From positions 1 to 23,235 of the forward strand of contig JADZFF010000084.1 of assembly GCA_020850015.1 (NCBI GenBank): a DNA stretch of 23,235 nucleotides, read 5' to 3'. The position numbers and the translations under genes were made by a program. This document shows positions 14,509 to 23,235 of this stretch, piece by piece. Source of the stretch: Bdellovibrionales bacterium (GTDB lineage: Bacteria > Bdellovibrionota > UBA1018 > JADZFF01). Under the pieces are notes generated by a model, which searched no databases, had not been told where the DNA came from, and saw nothing but the letters and a program-made list of their open reading frames with translations. Within the stretch, counting starts at the first letter, position 1; each line of letters starts with the position of its first letter.

Positions 14509-15520
14509 CGCCCTGCTCGCGGAACACGTAGGCGGGAACCTCGAACCGGATCACGGTGCTGATGCCTTCCTTGAACCGCTCCCAGTACCCGTGCGCGTGC
14601 CGTGCGTCCGCCGTGGGAAGCTCCAGGGTCAGCGTGGGAATCCCACGCTCCTGCCCGGCGTAGTTTCCGAGACTGCCGGGGAAAAACCCGCCATGCTGGG
14701 CTTTCACACGGGAGCGGAGCTCCAGGCACTTGTGCACGTACTCCTTGGGAAACTGCTTGAGGGCGATGGACATCGGGCCGTCGTAGTCCATGAAGTTCAG
14801 GGGCGAGTGCACACTCAACACTTTGTGGGGCTGCACCTCCTCGATGAGCCTCACCTGGAAGCGGGTCTCGGGCTCCGAGTTAGGCCCGGTGCCCGGATAG
14901 CGGCGCGGATTTCCGCCGAAGCGCTTGCGCCACTTCTGGAGCGCCTCGCGCGACCAGTCGGCCGTGCCGAAGTTGCGGTTCACGTCCACGCCGTTTGCGT
15001 TGGTGCGGGTGCGCCTCTCAGCGTAGAAGCCGTCCGGGTTCACGAGCGGAGCCACGATCACGCGAGCCTCCGTGAGGCTCTGCGGATGCTCTCCGAGCCA
15101 CTGCACGAGTTGGAGGGCCACGTAAAGAGGGGTGATCTCATCCGGGTGCACCATGGAGAAGATGAGCGTGGTGTTCTCCTCCGCCTGGGCGTTCCCGAAC
15201 TCCGCGTAAACCAGCGGGCGGCCCCGGACCGAGGTCCCGCCGAGCTTCCACCTGCGCCAGTCACAGGGGGGCAGGGTCCATCCCAGCCTGTTCACCTCGG
15301 CATCGAGGTCCGCGCACCAGCTCTTGAGCGCCGCTTCGTCGCTGGCGCGGCCGATTGCAGGAGCCGAACCCGTGGTCCCGGCCGTGGTCTCAGGCACCTC
15401 GTCCGTGGACGCGGCCTTCTTGCCGCCGAAAGCCCAGGCATCGCCCGCCGCGAGCGCGAACACACCCAGCCCGGCGGCCCCGGCGCAGAGTGCGGCTGCG
15501 ATGGTTCTCCCAAGGATCAT
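14486..15520 (-). CDS. Secreted M14-family zinc carboxypeptidase (murein peptide amidase-like)
   Basis: Signal peptide; zinc motif VHPDEITPLYVALQLV; VNPDGFYAERRTNANGVDVNRNFG; catalytic-Glu context GIPTLTLELP. Confidence 0.85.
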   Translation of the reverse strand: MILGRTIAAALCAGAAGLGVFALAAGDAWAFGGKKAASTDEVPETTAGTTGSAPAIGRASDEAALKSWCADLDAEVNRLGWTLPPCDWRRWKLGGTSVRGRPLVYAEFGNAQAEENTTLIFSMVHPDEITPLYVALQLVQWLGEHPQSLTEARVIVAPLVNPDGFYAERRTRTNANGVDVNRNFGTADWSREALQKWRKRFGGNPRRYPGTGPNSEPETRFQVRLIEEVQPHKVLSVHSPLNFMDYDGPMSIALKQFPKEYVHKCLELRSRVKAQHGGFFPGSLGNYAGQERGIPTLTLELPTADARHAHGYWERFKEGISTVIRFEVPAYVFREQGGDGGSVN

Positions 15521-15538
15521 GGTTCCCGTCTCCGACGC

Positions 15539-16168
15539 CTAGGCCGTCTTTCCCGCGTTTCCGAGCTTCCGGCGCCCCAGATACCATTTTGCCACAAACA
15601 CGAGGATGATCGCCCCGATGAGGCCGAAGATCCCGAACTGCACCCTTTTGATCACCCGGATGATGGAATCCACCTCGGCCCCAAAATAAAAGACGGAATA
15701 AACGATGGCCGGAACGGAGAGCACGGCTGCCAGGCCGTCATAGGTGAAAAACACCCGGGGCGGCAGCTTCAGGGTGCCCGCCGAAAAATAAATGGCGGCG
15801 CGCATGCCCGGCATGAACCTGGCCATGAAGACGACCTTGTTCCCCCTCCGGTGCAGCTGACTCTGGACGTAATCCAGCCGCTCCGGGGAAAGCACCTTCC
15901 GGAACAACCACCTGTTCGCGAGCTTCCGGCCGTACTTGCGTCCCAACAGAAAAATGGCGCTGTCCCCGAACATCACGCCCGCGAAGCAGACAAAGATCGT
16001 CACCCAGACGTTGGCCTCGCCCATGTAGGCGATGTAGCCGGCGGCGAAGAGCGTGACGTCCTCCGGGATCGGGAGCCCGAATCCGCAGGCCAACAGAATG
16101 AGGAAGATCGACAGGTAGATGGCCAGGGGCCCGGAGAACTGAGTGAGCATGTCGACGAGCCAATCCAC
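15539..16168 (-). CDS. DedA family (SNARE-associated / VTT domain) membrane protein
   Basis: GFGLPIPEDVTLFAAGYIAYMG, GVMFGDSAIFLLGRKYG, FMARFMPGMRAAIYFSAGTL; GTG start. Confidence 0.9.
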   Translation of the reverse strand: MDWLVDMLTQFSGPLAIYLSIFLILLACGFGLPIPEDVTLFAAGYIAYMGEANVWVTIFVCFAGVMFGDSAIFLLGRKYGRKLANRWLFRKVLSPERLDYVQSQLHRRGNKVVFMARFMPGMRAAIYFSAGTLKLPPRVFFTYDGLAAVLSVPAIVYSVFYFGAEVDSIIRVIKRVQFGIFGLIGAIILVFVAKWYLGRRKLGNAGKTA

Positions 16169-16174
16169 GTGCCG

Positions 16175-17095
16175 CTACTCCTCTTCCTTCCTGCTCAGGG
16201 GATGAGCCCCACGATACTGATCCAAAAGCTCCCCGAGGTCCACATGCGTATAACGCTGAGTGGTGGAAAGCCGCGAATGTCCTAGCATTTCCTGAATCGA
16301 CCTCAAATCTGCCCCAGACGAAAGCAGATGGGTAGCGAAACTGTGCCGCAGGCCATGAGGTGAGATTTTCCCGCCCAGCGCCGCCATGCCCTCGACGCTG
16401 GCCGCGAGCCGCACCAGATGCCGGGCCAGGATCCGAGCCACACTCCTAGAGGTCAGGCGCCCGCCCCGGGAGTTCGTGAACGCGGGTACCGCCCCGCGAT
16501 CCGCGAACGCGGCCTCCAAGGCCTCTCTCGCGGGCGGACCGAAGGGAACCTGGCGCACCTTGTTTCCCTTGCCCAGCACCCTCACCCAGCCCCCGGAGAG
16601 GTCGATATCGGTGCGGTCCAGGCCCACCGCCTCGCTCACCCGGAGGCCCGCGCCGTAAATCAGCTCGAAGAGCGCGCGGTCGCGCCGGCCCAGCGCCGTG
16701 GAGCTGTCGACGGTTCGCAACAGCTCCACGACCTCTTCAATCCGCAGATAACGGGGAAGCGGCCGTTGAACGCGGGGCGTGGGAACAAGCTTGCCGATCT
16801 CGCGCTCCATCGCGCCCTTGCGCTTGAGGTGCCGGAGAAATCCCCGAATGGCGGCCAGCCTTCGGCCGAGGGAGCTCCGATTGAGCCGGCCGTCGAGCCC
16901 CGCCAGGTAACGCCGCAAGAGCGCGGGCGTGAGCTCACGCTCCAGATCCTGGGCCAGTCGGATCCCCTCCGTCCGCTCCAGACTCGCTAGCCAGTCCTCG
17001 AGGTCGCTGCGGTAGGCGCGAAGGGTGTGCTCGCTCCAGGTCCGCCCAAAGCGCCCCTCCTCCAGATAGCCTTCCATGGCCTCGCTCAACCTCAT
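16175..17095 (-). CDS. xerC: Tyrosine recombinase XerC/XerD family
   Basis: IYGAGLRVSEAVGL, SPHGLRHSFATHLLSSGADLRSIQEMLGHSRLSTTQRYTHVD give the catalytic R/K/H-R/H/Y set. Confidence 0.92.
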   Translation of the reverse strand: MRLSEAMEGYLEEGRFGRTWSEHTLRAYRSDLEDWLASLERTEGIRLAQDLERELTPALLRRYLAGLDGRLNRSSLGRRLAAIRGFLRHLKRKGAMEREIGKLVPTPRVQRPLPRYLRIEEVVELLRTVDSSTALGRRDRALFELIYGAGLRVSEAVGLDRTDIDLSGGWVRVLGKGNKVRQVPFGPPAREALEAAFADRGAVPAFTNSRGGRLTSRSVARILARHLVRLAASVEGMAALGGKISPHGLRHSFATHLLSSGADLRSIQEMLGHSRLSTTQRYTHVDLGELLDQYRGAHPLSRKEEE

Positions 17096-17140
17096 GGTTG
17101 ACCAGTGTAATCATCCAAGAAGGTGTGGTAAAGCCGCCGG

Positions 17141-18459
<1,319 letters not shown>

Positions 18460-18463
<4 letters not shown>

Positions 18464-19548
18464 GCGAGGAAGGGCCCGACTGGAAAACGGAAGAGAAAGC
18501 GGGAGAAACGCCGTCTGAGTCTCTCTCTCCGTCTGAGTCATCGTCGCCGGCCCAGTCCGCGGTCACGGTCTCGGATTCCGCCCCTGAGACGGCGACAGGA
18601 ACTCAGACCGCGACCGACCCCGAGTCCCTAGTTCCCGGCCCCTGGTCCCAGAAGCTCTGGGGCCCTTTGCTCGTGGCGGCGGCCGCCTCGCTTTGGGCCA
18701 CCGACGCGCTCTTCCGGTTCCCCGCGCTCCAGAGCCTGAGCCCGGTGACGCTCGTCCTGGCCGAGCATACGATCGCCCTCCTGGCGCTCCTGCCCTGGGT
18801 GTTCTGGCGCCGGCATACGGTGCTCGATCTGAATTGGAAGGAGTGGATCGCGGCCATCGTCACTGGGGCCGGCGGATCGGCGCTCGCCACGGTGATGTTC
18901 ACGGCGAGCTTCAAGTACGTGAACCCTTCCGTCGCCATCCTCCTGCAAAAGCTTCAGCCCGTGCTCACCGTGCTCCTGGCATTCCTGATCCTGGGCGACC
19001 GCCCGCGGCTCGCGTTCTTCGCCTGGGCCCCGCTCGCTCTGCTCGCGGGACTCGTGATCAGCTTTCCCGAGCTCGATTTCCGCTTCCTGGTCACCGACCT
19101 CGAGTTCAACCCCCATTCGCGCGGGGTGATCTACGCGCTCGGCGCGGCCGGCATCTGGGCGGCTTCCACCGTCGCGGGCAAGGTGCTGCTGAAGCGCATC
19201 CCTTCCATGCGCGGCACCTTCTGGCGCTTCTGGTTCGGCTGGGTGGCGCTCCTGGGGCTTCAGCTCTTCGGCGAGATCGAGACCTCCTGGAAGTCCTTCA
19301 CTGACTTCGCGCTCCTCCAGACGGTGGGCTACATGGCGCTCGGGCCCGGCCTGGGCGCGGTGGTGTTCTACTACCTCGGCCTGAAACGCACGCACGCCAG
19401 CACGGCCACATTCGTCGAGCTGGTATTCCCCGTGGCCGCGGTGGTGCTCAACACGTTTTTCCTCGATCTGCCGCTGTTGCCCGTGCAGGTGCTCGCGGGC
19501 GCGCTCCTGCTGCTTTCCGTAACCCAGATCTCCGTGAAGGGGCACTAA
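18460..19548 (+). CDS. EamA/DMT family transporter with Ser/Glu/Thr-rich N-terminal extension
   Basis: Ten-TM pattern with two EamA halves. GTG at 18460 overlaps the trmFO stop (GTGA); the track ORF starts at 18445. Confidence 0.85.
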
Positions 19549-19598
19549 GCCGCGCTCAGGGCTCGAAGTCGCGCTGGCGGACACGCAGTGTTGCCAGC

Positions 19599-19635
19599 CG
19601 TTCAAGAGCCATACGGCTCTCGATCGCCTTGAACG
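19599..19635. other. Imperfect nested inverted repeat between convergent genes (possible bidirectional terminator/3' stabiliser)
   Basis: CGTTCA-AGAGCC-ATAC-GGCTCT-CGATCGCCT-TGAACG: outer 6 bp and inner 6 bp perfect, 9-nt bulge on one side, no T-tract. Confidence 0.4.
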
Positions 19636-19668
19636 CCGCCCAGCTCTCGATGGGCGTCGGGATCTGAG

Positions 19669-21498
19669 TCAGCCCGCCCTGAGGTGGTAGCGCACGCTCG
19701 TGATCACCTTGCCGCGCCTGAAGAGCAGTGCCGCGCGGATCATGAAGGCCGTCTGGTTGTGGAGGAAGTTGTGCCACCAGACCCTCGTCACGAACTCCGG
19801 GATGATGACGGTGATCGCCTCGCGGGTGGCGGTCTGCTCCAGGTCGTCGAGATACTCGATCAAGGGGCCGATCACCGAGCGGTAAGGAGACTTCAGGATC
19901 ACCAGCGGGATGTCGTGCCCCCAGCGCATCCACTCCTTCTGCATGCGGTCGGCGGCGGCCGCGTCGATCTCCACGTAGACGGCGCGCACGTCGTCAGTGA
20001 TGGAGAGCGCATACCGGAGGGCGTCGATCACCCCGCGATGCACGCCCGAAACCGGCACCACGGCGGTGTGGCGCATGGGCGCGAGGTGCGGAGGCGCGTC
20101 CACGTGCGAGAGCGTAAGCTCTTCGCCCACGCACAGGTAATGTAGATGAATCTTCCGAAAGAGCGCAACAATCAGAGGCACCACGAGCGCGACGATCCAC
20201 GCGCCATCCTGGAACTTGGTCACGCCCACCACCAGGAACACCACGCCCGTGGTGACCGCGCCGAGGAGGTTCAGCGCGAGCCCCGTTCGCCAGCCCGGTT
20301 GCCGCTCCCTGCGGTGGTGAACGACCATGCCGGCCTGCGAGAGAGTGAAGCCCAGAAAAACGCCCACCGCGTAGAGCGGAATCAAGGAGTGGGCGTCGCC
20401 GCCGAAAAGCGCCAGCAGAATGAACGAAGCGCCGCTCAGCCAGAGAATGCTGTTCGAGAACACCAGGCGGTCGCCCTGCACGGCGAGCTGGCGCGGCAGG
20501 TAGCGGTCGCGCGCGAGAACCGCCGCGAGCCAAGGAAGGCCGTTGTAGCTTGTGTTTGCGGCGAGAATCAGGATCAGCGCGGTGGCCACCTGAATGAGGT
20601 AGTACCAGGGGCCGGTTCCGAACACGGACCGCGCGAGCTGCGAGATCGAGGTCTCCGCGGCCTGGGGCGTGATCCCATACGCGTGCGAAACTGCGGTGAT
20701 ACCAAGGAACATCACGCCCAGAATGAGCGTCATCCAAACGAGAGTGGTGCGGGCATTCTGCGCTGAGGGGTGCTTGAAGGCGGGAACGCCGTTGGAGATC
20801 GCCTCGATCCCGGTCAGCGCCGCGCATCCCGAGGAGAAAGCACGGAGAATCAGGAACAGGGGCACCGCCTCCGAAACGGGTTCAAGGATGGGCGCCGCAT
20901 GCGGCACGTCGCCCGAGGCGATCCGCCAGGCGCCGAATCCGATCAGCGCGAGAAGAGAAAAAATGAAGACATAGGTCGGATACGCGAAAAAAGTGGCGCT
21001 TTCCCTCACGCCCCGCAGGTTGAGCCAGGTCAGGATCGCGATGAAAGCCCCGCCCAGGAGCACACGGTGCTCGGCGATTTCGGGAAAGGCCGATGTTACC
21101 GCGCCCACGCCGGCGGCTACGCTCACCGCCACTGTCAGCAGGTACCCGAACAGCAGGGCGGCACCCGCCGTGAGCCCGGCGAGCGGGCCGAGATTTTCGT
21201 TCGCCACCACATAAGCGCCGCCGCCGTTGGGGTAGGCCTGGATGGTCTGACGGTAAGAGAGGGTGACGATCACCATGAGCGACACGATGGCGAAGGCCAC
21301 CGGTACCGACCAGGTCAGGGCGAGCGCCCCGAAGGCCGCGAGGGGAATCAGGATCTCTTCCGTGGCGTAAGCCGTGGAGCTCAGGGCGTCGGAGGAGAGG
21401 ACGGCGAGCGCTTTCCACTTCGGAATCTTCTCCTCGCTCGCCTGCGCGTTTGCGAGAGGCCGACCCAGGAGAAGACGTTTAATCCCCGTGATGCCCAT
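19669..21498 (-). CDS. kimA: APC superfamily permease of the KimA/YdaO potassium transporter type
   Basis: IKRLLLGRPLANAQASEEKIPKWKALAVLSSDALSSTAYATEEILI and LSYRQTIQAYPNGGGAYVVANENLG closely match the KimA/YdaO N-terminal pattern; ~600 aa with soluble C-terminal domain. Confidence 0.85.
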   Translation of the reverse strand: MGITGIKRLLLGRPLANAQASEEKIPKWKALAVLSSDALSSTAYATEEILIPLAAFGALALTWSVPVAFAIVSLMVIVTLSYRQTIQAYPNGGGAYVVANENLGPLAGLTAGAALLFGYLLTVAVSVAAGVGAVTSAFPEIAEHRVLLGGAFIAILTWLNLRGVRESATFFAYPTYVFIFSLLALIGFGAWRIASGDVPHAAPILEPVSEAVPLFLILRAFSSGCAALTGIEAISNGVPAFKHPSAQNARTTLVWMTLILGVMFLGITAVSHAYGITPQAAETSISQLARSVFGTGPWYYLIQVATALILILAANTSYNGLPWLAAVLARDRYLPRQLAVQGDRLVFSNSILWLSGASFILLALFGGDAHSLIPLYAVGVFLGFTLSQAGMVVHHRRERQPGWRTGLALNLLGAVTTGVVFLVVGVTKFQDGAWIVALVVPLIVALFRKIHLHYLCVGEELTLSHVDAPPHLAPMRHTAVVPVSGVHRGVIDALRYALSITDDVRAVYVEIDAAAADRMQKEWMRWGHDIPLVILKSPYRSVIGPLIEYLDDLEQTATREAITVIIPEFVTRVWWHNFLHNQTAFMIRAALLFRRGKVITSVRYHLRAG

Positions 21499-22213
21499 GG
21501 ATCTCGTCTTCGAGCTCGGCCAGGTACCGCTTCATCCGCTCGATCCGGGACTTCGCCAAACGGAAGCCGGTGAGCGTCTGCATGCGCTCGCCGAGGGCGA
21601 AGAGCTTGGTGAAAAAATGATCAACGGAATAGGTCTTGTCGTCCGGCGCGCGCTCCGTGCGGAGAAAGGGGTCGTCGGCGTGGTAGAGGCGCGCGCCGAA
21701 GCCGCCGCCGGTCGCAAAACAACGCGCGATCCCGATCGCGCCGAGCGCGTCGAGCCGGTCGGCGTCCTGGAATACGCGGCCCTCGAGGGTCCCAGGGGCC
21801 TGGCCCCGCGAGAAGCTGTGACAGAGGATCGCGTCGCAGACCCTCTCGACTTGGGAGGGCGTGAACCCTTCGGCGACGAGGAGCCGGCGAGCCGCTTCGG
21901 CCGAACGCTCGGAGCTGAGCCGCGCTTCCGGGTGGTTCTTGGGGAGGTTCGCGATGTCGTGCAGGAGAGCTGCAGCGGCCAGCAGCTCGGGTTCCCCGCC
22001 CTCGGACTCGGCGATCACGAGCGCGTTGGCCAGCACTCGCAGGGAGTGTGAGAGGTCATGCGCGCCGTCGGAGTCGGTGGCCGCGGCCTTCGCCGCAAGG
22101 TGCAGCCGCAGAATCCGGGGAAGCTCCATCAAGCGCTGAATGGGAGTGAGCTCGGTTGCCTCCCCTGATGCGGCCGGACGGCCGTGAGTGGGCAGTTCTG
22201 AGAAGAGATTCAT
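21479..22213 (-). CDS. HD-domain phosphohydrolase (YedJ/YpgQ-like)
   Basis: AHDLSHSLRVL, LLAAAALLHDI, CHSF, DADRLDALGAIGIAR; ATG at 22213 (MNLFSELP) is likely the true start; the track ORF starts at 22369. Confidence 0.85.
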   Translation of the reverse strand: MNLFSELPTHGRPAASGEATELTPIQRLMELPRILRLHLAAKAAATDSDGAHDLSHSLRVLANALVIAESEGGEPELLAAAALLHDIANLPKNHPEARLSSERSAEAARRLLVAEGFTPSQVERVCDAILCHSFSRGQAPGTLEGRVFQDADRLDALGAIGIARCFATGGGFGARLYHADDPFLRTERAPDDKTYSVDHFFTKLFALGERMQTLTGFRLAKSRIERMKRYLAELEDEIHGHHGD

Positions 22214-22425
22214 AGGGTTGAAAGGGAATCTGCCACAAAGGCGCCCCAAAGGCGACAGAGGGCCCACGGAGCGGGTCGGGGGCGACTCATGAGGGGATTC
22301 GACAGTGTCCAAGGCCTGGTCATCGATGAAGCTGAAATTATTGAGTTTTATTGGGCGCAGGCGTTGCAATCCCAGGGGTGAACGGTTCGTTGTCTCTTGG
22401 TCTTGGGATCTTGGGGAATCGGGGG

Positions 22426-23235
22426 ATGCCCATGAATGCCGTCGGATCGTCGCGCGCCTGTCGCTGGCTTGGAACGCTATTGGGGTTCGTCCTGGTCGTC
22501 CTGCACGGAGACGCGCTGGCCTCCGCGAGAGGGAGCAGCCTGGAGGCCTACGAGCAGGAGCTCGGCGCGGCCCAGGAGCTTTACACCGACGCCTGCGGAA
22601 ACATCAGTGCCACGCTCTACGCGGACGGGCCGAGCTCGACGGTGGCCGTGGCCGAGTCCTTGAACCGCCGGCTGGCGTCGCAGTCCACGCGGATCGACCG
22701 CGAGCTGGGGACCTACCTCCGCTTCCTGGAGAATCCGGAGGCCGAGCTCCCGTCTTATTATAATCGCAGGATCGGCACCGCGCAGGCCGAGCTGGTGCAG
22801 GAGCAGGACGAGCTCGACGGTCTCTACCACCGCCTTCACCGGACCTCCGAAGCCCGCCTCGCCGCCAAACGCGCGCGCGTGGGCGAGATCCGCTCCGGAC
22901 TCCAGCGCCTCACTCACGATGCCCGCGATCCAGAGGCCTTTCACTCATTCAAAGCCGAGCAGATCCGGCTGGCCCAGGAGCGAGTGGCGGGCCTGAATCG
23001 GCTTGGCGTCCGCGTGAACGCGCTTCAGCGGCGCACGCAGTCCTGCCTTGCCACCGCCACCGGAAACGCCCGTTTCGCCGAGCACCCGCGTGGGCACTAC
23101 AACCGGGCCATCCGCGATACGCAGGAATATCAGGACTACGATCCCTTCCAGGACAGCGCGGCGGGGCCGGTGGACACCGCCGAGGAAGTCGTGCCTGCCG
23201 CACGGCCAGCCAATGGTGGCTCGGGCGCGCTGTAA
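22426..23235 (+). CDS. Uncharacterised secreted coiled-coil-rich protein
   Basis: Signal-peptide-like CRWLGTLLGFVLVVLHGDALASA; long charged helical stretches; ends TAA exactly at the window end. Start could be 22426 or 22432. Confidence 0.65.
   Translation: MPMNAVGSSRACRWLGTLLGFVLVVLHGDALASARGSSLEAYEQELGAAQELYTDACGNISATLYADGPSSTVAVAESLNRRLASQSTRIDRELGTYLRFLENPEAELPSYYNRRIGTAQAELVQEQDELDGLYHRLHRTSEARLAAKRARVGEIRSGLQRLTHDARDPEAFHSFKAEQIRLAQERVAGLNRLGVRVNALQRRTQSCLATATGNARFAEHPRGHYNRAIRDTQEYQDYDPFQDSAAGPVDTAEEVVPAARPANGGSGAL

Noticed and set aside
13159-16285. Plus-strand ORFs 13159..14493 and 14591..16285 (up to 564 aa)
   Set aside because: Complement of the GT39/M14/DedA genes, which have clear motifs; the translated sequences show no conserved signature.
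16175-17095. XerC-like recombinase as an integrase of a mobile element
   Set aside because: Standard housekeeping XerC length and motifs, next to trmFO (a linkage also seen in other bacteria); no att repeats, tRNA or phage genes nearby.
19556-19933. Minus-strand ORF 19556..19933 as a frameshifted extension of the KimA-like protein
   Set aside because: The KimA-like protein already ends in a normal-looking VITSVRYHLRAG terminus; most of this ORF is the alternate frame of it.
20146-22051. Plus-strand ORFs 20146..20766, 20770..21573, 21374..22051
   Set aside because: Antisense to the well-supported APC permease and HD hydrolase.

Overview
The window is a GC-rich, gene-dense bacterial chromosomal segment with signal peptides and lipoboxes typical of a Gram-negative. 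I cannot assign taxonomy from the sequence alone. The region of most interest is a compact minus-strand gene cluster (10882 down to 4375) with overlapping or abutting genes: an outer-membrane-type secreted protein, a TPR lipoprotein, a large protein fusing a signal peptide, a duplicated periplasmic domain, one TM helix and a cytoplasmic FliG-like rotor region, then a cyclic-nucleotide-binding protein, a MotA-type stator and a MotB-type stator. This looks like an unconventional MotAB-powered envelope-spanning machine. The alternative is an accessory flagellar module. Other genes are an LpxH-like phosphoesterase, an EEP hydrolase, an RDD protein, a lipoprotein, a zinc-ribbon/SH3 protein, an operon of a GT39-type transferase, M14 peptidase, DedA and XerC, trmFO, an EamA transporter, a KimA-type APC permease, an HD hydrolase and several uncharacterised secreted proteins. 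The first ~470 nt look non-coding and are rich in potential RNA hairpins, including a strong intrinsic terminator. No tRNA/rRNA, CRISPR array or transposon was recognised.
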